IMG/VR virus record: IMGVR_UViG_3300046522_000316 | Location: 32,001-96,000 of that record | Direction: 5' to 3' (one strand) | DNA length: 64,000 bases | DNA from: a virus | Taxonomy: Duplodnaviria > Caudoviricetes | In this document: positions 47,706-56,569 of the stretch, piece after piece | Layout of the letters: each line of letters opens with the position of its first letter | How positions within the stretch are numbered: position 1 is the stretch's first letter | Made by a program: the position numbers and the translations under genes | Notes under the pieces: model-generated | The model's database searches: none | What the model saw: the letters and a program-made list of their open reading frames with translations, nothing else | What the model was told of the DNA's origin: nothing

Positions 47706-48947
47706 TTATTCGGCAATAGCTGCCTTCAGAGTTTTATCCAGAAGTTTCTGAACAGTTTTCGGAATGGATTTGCCGGTCAGAGAAAGCGCGAAGGCCTCGG
47801 CAAACATTTCTTGCACGTTGGTGCCTGCGTATTCGCCCATCAGCGCAGTTACCGAATCGGTGTTGGAGAACGAAGCCGAAGTCGGCCAGATTTCCGCCAG
47901 CACTTTGCTGTTTTGGTTCAGCAAAACGTTCGCGTCTTCCGGCGTCATTTTGTGAACTTTCTTCAGGTACGAAAGCGCTTCTTTGAACAGGGCCAGTTCG
48001 TCTTCTTCGAGGTCGCGTTGGAATTCGCGAATGCTCATTTGAGAATTGACCAGCGACTGACACAACGATTCCATGTCCGATTTCTTGGCCTTGGAAACTT
48101 TAGTCATCGTGTTGTACTGTTCCAGCCACAGCGCACGGATTTTTTCAGGCACGAAGCGATACCACACAGCGTGGCCGATTTCGTGAATGAAAATGTACTG
48201 GTTGTAGATTTGATCTTCCACGATTTTCGGGAAGAGTTTAATCAGGTCAACCGCTTCGCCGGTCTTGAAGCTGACCGAGTAGGTGCCCGCCCACTTGCCT
48301 TTCGGATTGTGAACTTCGATACGGCTGATCGGGAAAACTTTTTCCAGATCGAGGTCAACGATTTTCTTGTGCGCTTTTTTCACACCGATGCGGATCGCTT
48401 CTTTCTCGGCGTCGGAACACTTGCGGTAGAAGTGCATCGGGCCAATCGGCGTGTCGATTTCGCCAAGGTGCGGCATGATTTCCACACCGAAAACTTTACC
48501 CGGCTTCGGATCTTTGCCGAGGTTGGCAATCAGCGTGTTCGCGTCGTATTCGATGGCGACCGGCTCATTGGTATTCAGCGATTCTTCCAGATACGCAGTG
48601 TTGCGTTTCGGGCTGTGCGCGAATGCCAGTTTATTTTTCTTGCCGATTTGGACAATGATGTAGTCGTCCTGTTCGACCGGCAGTTGGACTTTGGCGTCGG
48701 CTGCTGCCACTTCGGTTTTCTTTTTCTTTTTCACCTTGCCGTCGCCAGCTTTGGTGCCGCTCACGTCACGACCGAGGTCTTTCATTTTCGGCTTGAGGTC
48801 GAGGCCTTCCGACTTCACCAAACCTTTTTTCTTTTTCTTTTTCGGCGCGTCGTCTTCTACAACGACTTTCTTTTTCTTTTTCGGTGCAACGTCTTCGCTG
48901 CTACTCTTCTTCTTTTTCTTCTTTTTCTTCAGGTCATCATCAGCCAT
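47706..48947 (-). CDS. Zincin-type metallopeptidase with poly-Lys N-terminus
   Basis: FIHEIGHAVW (HExxH) plus EYAGTNVQEMFAEAF third-ligand motif; K8, K5, K6 and K5 tracts in the N-terminal ~80 aa. Confidence 0.75.
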   Translation of the reverse strand: MADDDLKKKKKKKKSSSEDVAPKKKKKVVVEDDAPKKKKKKGLVKSEGLDLKPKMKDLGRDVSGTKAGDGKVKKKKKTEVAAADAKVQLPVEQDDYIIVQIGKKNKLAFAHSPKRNTAYLEESLNTNEPVAIEYDANTLIANLGKDPKPGKVFGVEIMPHLGEIDTPIGPMHFYRKCSDAEKEAIRIGVKKAHKKIVDLDLEKVFPISRIEVHNPKGKWAGTYSVSFKTGEAVDLIKLFPKIVEDQIYNQYIFIHEIGHAVWYRFVPEKIRALWLEQYNTMTKVSKAKKSDMESLCQSLVNSQMSIREFQRDLEEDELALFKEALSYLKKVHKMTPEDANVLLNQNSKVLAEIWPTSASFSNTDSVTALMGEYAGTNVQEMFAEAFALSLTGKSIPKTVQKLLDKTLKAAIAE

Positions 48948-48948
48948 T

Positions 48949-49233
48949 TCATTCTCCAGAATTTACGATGGGGTCGTAGGGCAACCCTGTTTTAGCGTGA
49001 AAGAATTTCGCGTTTGGATCGGGCTTGTTAAGCAGCCGGTGGTTGTAGAAAACATCACCGCCTGAAATAGGTTGGGAAATAATACCGCCCTCGAATTCCA
49101 GTTCACGGACTTCGATAATCGCATGCGGGTTGTTTTTCCACACGGTGGTTTTCCAGCGCTCGCCCATGATCCAACCGCCTGCGAATTTCACAGGTTCATT
49201 TTGCGCGTTGTACGAATTGCGCCAGACCTTCAC
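48949..49233 (-). CDS. Hypothetical protein (paralogue of 49498..49845)
   Basis: VWRNS...FAGGWIMG..WK...HRL...FF.AKTGLPYD. Confidence 0.65.
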   Translation of the reverse strand: MKVWRNSYNAQNEPVKFAGGWIMGERWKTTVWKNNPHAIIEVRELEFEGGIISQPISGGDVFYNHRLLNKPDPNAKFFHAKTGLPYDPIVNSGE

Positions 49234-49532
49234 GGCATAAGCCAGTGTTTAGGTTGGTTCACGGCGAACCACTTTTCGTCGCGTTCTTCGCTGACAGAAA
49301 AAAGTTGCGAACCATCTGCCATGTCAGTCATGGTAATCAGATGGCCGAATTGTTCGCTGTTCAAGACTTCGTTGTGCGTCGGCACCAGATCAAACGGCTG
49401 CATGTTTTTATGCTTGAACATAAACGCGATATCTTCCGAATCCGTGTAAACGGCAACGGAACGAAAACCGTATTGACTCAGGATTCCAGAATCACGCTCA
49501 AGCAGTTTGATCAGGGGTTTCGTCGGAGTCAT
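49230..49532 (-). CDS. Hypothetical protein
   Basis: Coupled ORF. Confidence 0.6.
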   Translation of the reverse strand: MTPTKPLIKLLERDSGILSQYGFRSVAVYTDSEDIAFMFKHKNMQPFDLVPTHNEVLNSEQFGHLITMTDMADGSQLFSVSEERDEKWFAVNQPKHWLMP

Positions 49533-49845
49533 CGCGGGCTTCCTCAGTGTAATTGACCGGGCCGTCGTAGGGTTCGTGGGTGACAGCGTTGAAGAACGCA
49601 GAACTTTTGCGAGATTTCAACGTAGACAACCGATGTGCTTCGATCATCACATCACCATTCACAAACGCGGCGCTGTGCAGGGCGCTAAATGGAACGGTGC
49701 GACGTTCGATAATCGTATCGCGGCTGGCCCATTTCTTTTTCTTCCAGTCGTTGCCCAACATCCAGCCACCGGAAAACGTAGGCTCTTTGTCGGGCGAATG
49801 AAACGAATGACGCCACACGTGAACAGTCGAAAATGAACGGCTCAT
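49498..49845 (-). CDS. Hypothetical protein (paralogue of 48949..49233)
   Basis: VWRHS...FSGGWMLG..WK...HRL...FFNAVTHEPYD. Confidence 0.65.
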   Translation of the reverse strand: MSRSFSTVHVWRHSFHSPDKEPTFSGGWMLGNDWKKKKWASRDTIIERRTVPFSALHSAAFVNGDVMIEAHRLSTLKSRKSSAFFNAVTHEPYDGPVNYTEEARDDSDETPDQTA

Positions 49846-50393
49846 ACTTTCGGTTCCATATCGAAATAATCCGGATGGTAATCGAAAGCCTGCTGCATCC
49901 TGCCGTCGAGCATGTAATCGTACAGGGTGCCCATGTGTTCCTGCGCCGTCACGTGGTACGAAAATCCGCTAGTGTCCGGCCAGTTGCGATTGGTGCCGTT
50001 TTCGAACACTTTGGAACTGGTGCGAATCCACGGCGACAGCGTGCCGTCTGGCAGCGGATGTTTTGCCAGATAAATCGTTTTACGGTCACGGTTGCCCAAG
50101 TGCTTGCGTTCTATTGCAGCGTTGTGCATTTGTTTTGCAATCCACTGGCGAGGATCGAATGCATCATCTTCCTGCACTTCGCACAAAATCTTCTGCGCCT
50201 GATAATGGCACGGGTGCTTGCCTTCGAGGTACGTCATGATTTCGTTGTATTTCTGTTCGCTAATGGTTTCCCATTCGCCCCAGCCCGCCGCGAGTTCTTC
50301 GGCTGTGAAATCACGGTTGCGTGTGCCGTAGTAAACGTTGGCGTCCCACGAACGATAACGATACGAATAAAAGACTTCAGTTTTTTGCGTCAT
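49842..50393 (-). CDS. Hypothetical protein
   Basis: Coupled ORF. Confidence 0.65.
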   Translation of the reverse strand: MTQKTEVFYSYRYRSWDANVYYGTRNRDFTAEELAAGWGEWETISEQKYNEIMTYLEGKHPCHYQAQKILCEVQEDDAFDPRQWIAKQMHNAAIERKHLGNRDRKTIYLAKHPLPDGTLSPWIRTSSKVFENGTNRNWPDTSGFSYHVTAQEHMGTLYDYMLDGRMQQAFDYHPDYFDMEPKV

Positions 50394-51060
50394 TGCCGAT
50401 TTCCTTAACAGGGTTGGCTTGGGAAATCATTTCGCCAAGTTCTTTGGTCATCCAACCATTTGCAATCTGGTCGTTTTCGATGATGCCCATGTATTTGAAA
50501 CCGGCGTCAGTGTTGAATTGGAAGGCGCCGCCCGCGTTCATGGTTTCGTTGAAACGCTTCACGGTTTTCGCCCAAACTTTCCCGTTCTGGCCGACGTAGA
50601 AAACGAACACCGGATATTCTTCGCGCTTGTCTTCGCGTGCGCCTTCGTTGGCGAATCCGAGAACCAGATACGGGATGCTGTTCGTGTGGTGCGTGTAGAT
50701 CGAACCGAGGCCCGGCAGAATGTCGTCGCCCACAATCGTGGTGCCGAACGCAGGCACAGGGGATTCGATGCGTACAGGCGGTTTGTTGATGATCGACAGG
50801 CTACCGATTTCGTGCGGGTAGAAAAGTTTCGTGATGCCCGTCGAAATATGCACGCCAACCATAACCGAATCATCGGCGGCGGTTACGTCGTAAGTTTCTT
50901 TGTGGTGGTCAACGATTTGGTGCTGACCGGGAATGCACGAACGATAACGCAGCACGCCGTTTTTTACCGTGACATTGTAAACGGGGCCGCTATTGCGCAG
51001 GGCCAGCAGCTGGTCAAGCAGTTCGTTTACTTGCGATTCAGAATAACTCATTATTTTCAC
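50377..51060 (-). CDS. Hypothetical protein with DUF1653-like domain
   Basis: GSIYTHHTNSIPYLVLGFAN...VFYVGQNGKVWAKTVKRF resembles DUF1653 (G..Y.H.KG..Y.V...A...VVY......W.RP..MF). Confidence 0.5.
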   Translation of the reverse strand: MKIMSYSESQVNELLDQLLALRNSGPVYNVTVKNGVLRYRSCIPGQHQIVDHHKETYDVTAADDSVMVGVHISTGITKLFYPHEIGSLSIINKPPVRIESPVPAFGTTIVGDDILPGLGSIYTHHTNSIPYLVLGFANEGAREDKREEYPVFVFYVGQNGKVWAKTVKRFNETMNAGGAFQFNTDAGFKYMGIIENDQIANGWMTKELGEMISQANPVKEIGNDAKN

Positions 51061-51683
51061 ATACCTTGAATTTTGTTTTGCAGTAGGAGAACCATCGCGT
51101 ATCCGTGGGCCGCTACGTGCTGGCCGGAATCGCAGGTTCCACGATACGCATTGCTGATTACTGCTACCGGGTCAAAGTCGAGTGGCAATTCTGCCGCATC
51201 GCAAATTCCCAAAAGCTTTTCGATTAATTCAGGCATCACCGTAATCGGCAATGGCTGCATTTGTGTTTGCAGGCGAAGCGTCGAATCTTTCAAACTAATA
51301 CGACCGCGCACGTCCGAGAATTGAACGTAGACCCGATCATTGGCTACCAGCACCCGGACTTTTTTCCAGATATCGCTGGTGTCGCCGGAAAGCATCACCG
51401 ATTCAACGAAGTTATCGAAATTGTTGCGCACGAAATTAATCAATGTGCTTTCGACGTTCACCCGATCCAATTCCGCCTGAAGATCCCGACAGGCTTTGGC
51501 TTTGGTGCCGCTCGGTCGCCAGTATCCCAAACCGTTTGGAATCGTGTACGGGCGCTTTTCTTTAAAGCCGACTGCGGTGCCATTTTCGAAATAGTAGAGA
51601 CTGTTATCGTGAAGGCAAAACCCATCGGCAATAGCGCGGCACGAATTTACAAACGGTCTATCAAAGATACTGACCTCAAGCAT
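51057..51683 (-). CDS. Hypothetical protein
   Basis: 208-aa ORF; variant motif ACTGTAAAAT ~35 nt upstream. Confidence 0.65.
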   Translation of the reverse strand: MLEVSIFDRPFVNSCRAIADGFCLHDNSLYYFENGTAVGFKEKRPYTIPNGLGYWRPSGTKAKACRDLQAELDRVNVESTLINFVRNNFDNFVESVMLSGDTSDIWKKVRVLVANDRVYVQFSDVRGRISLKDSTLRLQTQMQPLPITVMPELIEKLLGICDAAELPLDFDPVAVISNAYRGTCDSGQHVAAHGYAMVLLLQNKIQGM

Positions 51684-51703
51684 AAGCGGTTCCTAGAAAT
51701 GGT

Positions 51704-52687
51704 TTACTTCTTAATAGATTTTACAGTATTTGCCTTCGTTGATTTGGCGACCGGGGCTTTCCGTGGTTTCTTCGGCGGTTCGAAATGGGCAGTCGTCAAA
51801 AAGGCTGCGATTTCCGCACTGACTTTATTTCCTTCGCATTTCTCGGCCAATCCATAGGTCGTGGTTTCTGTGAGAAACGGACGCTTATCGGCTTCCATGT
51901 GGCGCAATTGTGCCACGGCGATTTCCATATTGTGCATAAGATCATTTACACCGATCCGCTGGTGCATAGTCAGGTCGCCGCGTGTGTAAGGTTTTTGGTA
52001 AATGATTTGACGGGCCAACTGCAAGGCCTCTACGGCACACAACGTCACGGCCCGCGAGCGTTCCGCCATATTGAACAGGTCAAATTTGCTGTAGATTTTC
52101 AGCAGATTCAATTTGGCTTCTACGCGATCCTGTTCGGCATAAGCTTTCAGGTTTTTTCCTACTTCCATTTTCATGCGGCTGGTGTTGCGGTGCATGATCG
52201 TGCCATATTTCAGCATTTTAAATTCGGTGCCGCCACCGGCAATCGCAATGCCGGAATCGCCTTTCGTGTTATCCAGATAAAGCAGCACACCATATTCGTG
52301 CTTAGGCTTTTTGACCACATGCTTTACCCATTCGCGGCTGTACCAGCGATCCCCGTCCGGCACGTATTCGGTTCCGTTGATAAACGATACCTGCGCGTAC
52401 AGGTGTTTCAACAGGGGCCGGATTTCCAGATAATCAGCGTAGCTTTTGATGGAGAAACGTTCGACGATTTCCTGCGCTGCTGCAAAGCACGGCTCAATGT
52501 ATTTATCAGGAATATTCTTGGTGGTTTCAGGCGGCAACTGATTCATTTTCCCGTTGCCGTTTGTAATCGTGATCAGTTCCAGACACTGCATAACGAGAAT
52601 GGAATGCAGGCCCATTAATTGAACGGCATCGCACAGCCCGCGTCTCGAATCGGACAGGCCAAATTCGGGTAGGTAAACGGTAGGCAT
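51704..52687 (-). CDS. Hypothetical protein with Lys-rich C-terminus
   Basis: AAGGA RBS before ATG at 52687. Confidence 0.65.
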   Translation of the reverse strand: MPTVYLPEFGLSDSRRGLCDAVQLMGLHSILVMQCLELITITNGNGKMNQLPPETTKNIPDKYIEPCFAAAQEIVERFSIKSYADYLEIRPLLKHLYAQVSFINGTEYVPDGDRWYSREWVKHVVKKPKHEYGVLLYLDNTKGDSGIAIAGGGTEFKMLKYGTIMHRNTSRMKMEVGKNLKAYAEQDRVEAKLNLLKIYSKFDLFNMAERSRAVTLCAVEALQLARQIIYQKPYTRGDLTMHQRIGVNDLMHNMEIAVAQLRHMEADKRPFLTETTTYGLAEKCEGNKVSAEIAAFLTTAHFEPPKKPRKAPVAKSTKANTVKSIKK

Positions 52688-53303
52688 TTGGGTTTCCTTT
52701 TAACGGTTTGTTTCGAATGGCAGGCCGGGCGGCGGCTGGCGGGAAGGGGGGCTGCGGAACTGGGGGATGGGCGCCTTCGGCGCAGTTACCATAGGTAACG
52801 AGCATTAAACCGAAGGCCTATTGTATTGTCGCAAGATCAATACAACGCAGGCAGAGCTATCCTTAAAAGTTCAAGCATTCATGCAACGCTTCCGCCTTGC
52901 TTTCTGCACCGACGCTGGGTGTGGGGATTTGCCGGACGCTTTTCTATTACGGGGAACCTTCGGTTCCCGCTCCTAACGCTCCGCGTTAGTCGCTATCGTT
53001 CTCGCTTCGCTCAACTGTCTGGCTTTCTCGCACGTTCAGTGCGATTCTGCCTGTTCCTGTGACTCAAGCGGTTCGATTTGCAGGCTCACTGTGTTCGCAA
53101 CGTTCCAAACGATTTCTCGTTCTGTCACTCAATTGTTCAGCATCCATACTCAATCCACTATTTACAGTTTTCGGATTCATGTTTTTTGGTCGGATTCCCT
53201 GTACCCATTGGGCCAAACGCCGGGTTGCCATTCGAATCATTTGAATAAAAAGGCAATAAAAAAGGGGAACCTTTCGGCTCCCCTTTGGGTGGTTTGAATC
53301 GTT
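52688..53303. other. Large structured non-coding region (candidate origin or ncRNA)
   Basis: 616 bp without a credible ORF; at least six hairpins, a G-tract, strong purine/pyrimidine asymmetry; ACTGTAAATA at 53159..53168. Confidence 0.55.
53258..53286 (-). terminator. Rho-independent terminator
   Basis: GGGGAGCC-GAAA-GGTTCCCC then T6 on the minus strand. Confidence 0.8.
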
Positions 53304-54221
53304 TTAAATGCTCGAAGCAGTCAGCTTGTCGTAGAGTTCAAGGATGTTTGCGCTGAAATCAAACCCTTTCAAGTTGTGCAAACAAACTTTGCAATCCGGG
53401 TAATCGTGGGCCGCACAATTGGTTGGCATTGCCATCATGCGCGCAGGCAGTGGGCACGGGTCTGCATCCATTAGCAAACGTTCGCAAACCAGTTTCACAA
53501 CCTTGACCATTTGTTCACCGGTCAACACAAAGTTTTCACCGGTTTGACCGTTGTTGATTTGCACGGTTGCCATTGGTTCTTCAACCACACCGCATTCGGC
53601 ACCAACAGGATCTACCGCAACTGCTGCGTCACACGTCGCCGGATCAATCGGGCATTCTTCGACAGGAATTGCTTCACCCTTTTCAACAGCAGGCGGAACC
53701 GGGCGATCAGCATTCGAGATTTCGTTGATGGTATTCCCATTCAAAGAAATACGAATTTTCCGAGGGCCGTAAGTCTGAATGCAAACCGCTGTTTCACCGT
53801 CGCGCTGGAAAGTCGTAACGTCCGCGTAACTCGGTTCCGGTGTGTATGGATTCGAACACACGACCTCAGTTTTGTGAAGCAAAGGAGACGCAGCACCAGC
53901 AGAACCGGGGCCGTGCATGGCTTCCCATTCAGCCGGGGAAATGTCGCCCATGCTGGCGATTGCCATATTCTTTTCGTTTGGAATCCAATCCGGTTTGTCG
54001 CGTTTCTGTTCCAGCGTAGCGGCCAGTTCTGGTTTCAAACTCTGCCACAAATTGCTGAATTCACGCGAGTTGTGGGTTTCAATGCAGTCCGCCAGTTTAT
54101 CCGCCGACGCTTTGGAAAACAGCGGCATGATCATGCGCAACATGAGGCTGCGTTTCTGCTTCAAAGTTGTCGCATTCCGAGCCATGACGATCATGTTGGA
54201 TGCAATCGCTAATTCTTTCAT
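53304..54221 (-). CDS. Hypothetical protein with Cys-rich C-terminus
   Basis: 305-aa ORF, CAAHDYPDCKVC. Confidence 0.7.
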   Translation of the reverse strand: MKELAIASNMIVMARNATTLKQKRSLMLRMIMPLFSKASADKLADCIETHNSREFSNLWQSLKPELAATLEQKRDKPDWIPNEKNMAIASMGDISPAEWEAMHGPGSAGAASPLLHKTEVVCSNPYTPEPSYADVTTFQRDGETAVCIQTYGPRKIRISLNGNTINEISNADRPVPPAVEKGEAIPVEECPIDPATCDAAVAVDPVGAECGVVEEPMATVQINNGQTGENFVLTGEQMVKVVKLVCERLLMDADPCPLPARMMAMPTNCAAHDYPDCKVCLHNLKGFDFSANILELYDKLTASSI

Positions 54222-54769
54222 TAATCCTCCTGCGGAATTGTACGCACGACAGTGATTTCGAAATCCTCGGTGCGCAGAACCTTTTCGACCGTGGAATCAA
54301 TCCACTGATTTGTCACGATAATTCCACCTTCCGGATCTTTCTGCGCTTCCATGAACATGTCGAGAATTGCCTGCATGTCTTCGATTGTCGGTTCCCAATT
54401 TTCAGAACCGGCTTTGATGTGCAGAATGCGTTTCATGGTCTGCTGCGTGTAGCCGTCAACGAACGCGTCTTCCGGGCTGAACGATTCGTGGCCGTTTTGG
54501 TAACGCACGAAATAACCGCCAGTGTGAACAAGGTTGCGTTCCATGTAATCGTCGCCAACTACCGCAACAAATTCGCCGGTTTTATCAACCAAAACGTATT
54601 CGGTGTGGGAAGCAATCGGCAGCAAATCAACAGTGCCGTCTTCGTGTGGAATTTCTGCGTATTGCTGGGCAGGCACCGTGTCGTCGTGTGTGCCTTTCGC
54701 CTGCGCCGTGATGTGCGCGATTTGAAATGCTTCGACTTGTTTGTGGCAATTGTAGATTGGAAAATTCAT
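54221..54769 (-). CDS. Two-module hypothetical protein (common phage module plus portal-like segment)
   Basis: N-terminal HKQVEAFQI...GGYFVRYQNGHESFSPEDAFVDGY; C-terminal ILHIKAGSENWEPT...DPEGG. Confidence 0.65.
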   Translation of the reverse strand: MNFPIYNCHKQVEAFQIAHITAQAKGTHDDTVPAQQYAEIPHEDGTVDLLPIASHTEYVLVDKTGEFVAVVGDDYMERNLVHTGGYFVRYQNGHESFSPEDAFVDGYTQQTMKRILHIKAGSENWEPTIEDMQAILDMFMEAQKDPEGGIIVTNQWIDSTVEKVLRTEDFEITVVRTIPQED

Positions 54770-54933
54770 TCATAAACCTCGACAGTTGGAGTCCCGCGAC
54801 AGCCCATGTGTGGACGCTGCCCATTTGAAGAATCGTGGTGATACCAATCGGAATACATCGGCTCATGCATCCAGTATTCCCACCGGCCACCGATCAGGCG
54901 GCGATACCATTTGAACATCCGAAAGATATTCAT
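54766..54933 (-). CDS. Small hypothetical protein
   Basis: Probable start MNIFRMF at 54933, ATGA-coupled. Confidence 0.5.
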   Translation of the reverse strand: MNIFRMFKWYRRLIGGRWEYWMHEPMYSDWYHHDSSNGQRPHMGCRGTPTVEVYE

Positions 54934-55403
54934 TTGAGTTTGTACCCGTAGTGGATCGAACCACCGTTTGGGCCACCGTTGGAAACGTAACCGCCACGCA
55001 GTTCGAAAATGTCCTGCGCTTTGTTGATAATCTGCGTCCACTCTTCCGCGATTTGCGCATTGGTGAAAGTCAGGCGTGCGCAATTGTCCGGGCGATCAAA
55101 GATCAGGAACACCGAATCGGAGGCCAGCGCAATTTTCAGCAGGTTCGGGAAAACAGTCCACGGTTTCCACGCACTCAACGAAAGGAATTGCTTGTGGATT
55201 TCTGCGCGGACGCTGGCAGTCGCTACCATCAACGCCGATTCCAATTCCGGTTCGAAAAAGTTATTCGAATTGTTGGTGATTTGCCCGATGGAATGGCCGC
55301 GCAACGCGTAGTGCGCATCGTCGTCGTTTTTGACGATCAGCTGGCCGTCGATTGGCGTCACGTTGGTATCGTCGTCGGTGATAATCAGGTGAACGTATTT
55401 CAT
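54930..55403 (-). CDS. Hypothetical protein
   Basis: Coupled ORF. Confidence 0.65.
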   Translation of the reverse strand: MKYVHLIITDDDTNVTPIDGQLIVKNDDDAHYALRGHSIGQITNNSNNFFEPELESALMVATASVRAEIHKQFLSLSAWKPWTVFPNLLKIALASDSVFLIFDRPDNCARLTFTNAQIAEEWTQIINKAQDIFELRGGYVSNGGPNGGSIHYGYKLK

Positions 55404-56482
55404 CGCAGTTTGTATCCTTTCGAGATTGTCCGGAGTGGTTCAGTCGGTTGCAATACACGCGCAGAGCAAACCCATTCCAGCCGGGCCTGATCCTGCATAA
55501 TCTTCCGTTCCTTGTCGCGAATTTTCAGATAGAGATTTCGTTCTGGAATGCAGACGATATCGCCTTCGTTCACGTCGCTGACTTCTGGCCCCATCACGAT
55601 TGGAATATCGCTCATGGTTTGCAGGCGGTCGTAATCGAGTACGGTAGTTTCGCCGCCGATGTTCGCGTTAATCCGCTCGATGCCCATATCGAATTCAATT
55701 GCGAAATGAGTGAAGCGCTCGACCTTCACATACAGGTCAATCGTGCGGCCTTCGAAGCGGCGCAAATCTGCAATCGTGATTTGTTTTCCGTCTTTACGCA
55801 ACGGACGTTCACGCAGCACGAACAAATCTTCGCGGATGCTGTAGGTTGCAGAAACGAAATACTTCGGCACCAGCACTTGGAACATCACGTAACCGTTTTG
55901 TTCTTCGCGCACAAATGCATGCGGGCTGCTGGTCGAATCCAAATGCACGCCTTCGAGTCCGGCCACATCGTAATGCGTGTAGACCTTGCGCTGGGCACCG
56001 TAGGATTTATAACCGGGCTGGCGCAGTGAGCGATAGCAGATACCGCAATTGACAGAGCCTTGGTTTACCGAGTCTTCGAATTGTTCCGTTTCGATTCCAC
56101 GCAGGCCGTCGTTTGCCTCTTCCTGAATACCGGAAACGTCGCGGACTTCCACGTCGTTAAACATGCGATCCATTTCCGTACCGAAAATATCTTCGTCTTG
56201 GAATTCGATCCCGATATTTTCCGAGGAACGATCACGCTGGGGAATTGTTGGCGTTACGTTTGAGGTGGGCGGAATTTCGACGTTGGTACGGCAGCAGGAA
56301 CAGGGGCGCCCGACTTGCCGATCAATCTGATACAGAACGATTTTAACCGCGTTAACGGCCAACGAATTCGAAACCTGATGGTTGTAAGCTGTAACCGTTT
56401 CATCCAAACGGGCTTGGGCCTGTTTCTGAATGAAATTTCGTGCGTGGTTACGACGCACATTAGCGGGGCCGCGTTTGATCAT
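55400..56482 (-). CDS. Probable head-completion/closure-type structural protein
   Basis: PCSC...CGICY..GY motif and OB-like C-terminus (EGDIVCIPERN..LKI); assignment by recollection of head-closure proteins. Confidence 0.4.
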   Translation of the reverse strand: MIKRGPANVRRNHARNFIQKQAQARLDETVTAYNHQVSNSLAVNAVKIVLYQIDRQVGRPCSCCRTNVEIPPTSNVTPTIPQRDRSSENIGIEFQDEDIFGTEMDRMFNDVEVRDVSGIQEEANDGLRGIETEQFEDSVNQGSVNCGICYRSLRQPGYKSYGAQRKVYTHYDVAGLEGVHLDSTSSPHAFVREEQNGYVMFQVLVPKYFVSATYSIREDLFVLRERPLRKDGKQITIADLRRFEGRTIDLYVKVERFTHFAIEFDMGIERINANIGGETTVLDYDRLQTMSDIPIVMGPEVSDVNEGDIVCIPERNLYLKIRDKERKIMQDQARLEWVCSARVLQPTEPLRTISKGYKLR

Positions 56483-56569
56483 AGATGATCCTCCATTCCC
56501 TATAAATTACTGGCTTGAAAACCGAGGATGCGAATTGTAATTCAGTAGTATGAGTTAAGGAGCAACACC

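Noticed and set aside
53060-53090. tRNA T-arm-like GGTTCGATT
   Set aside because: No G-C closing pair, acceptor stem or anticodon arm; no complete tRNA found in the window.
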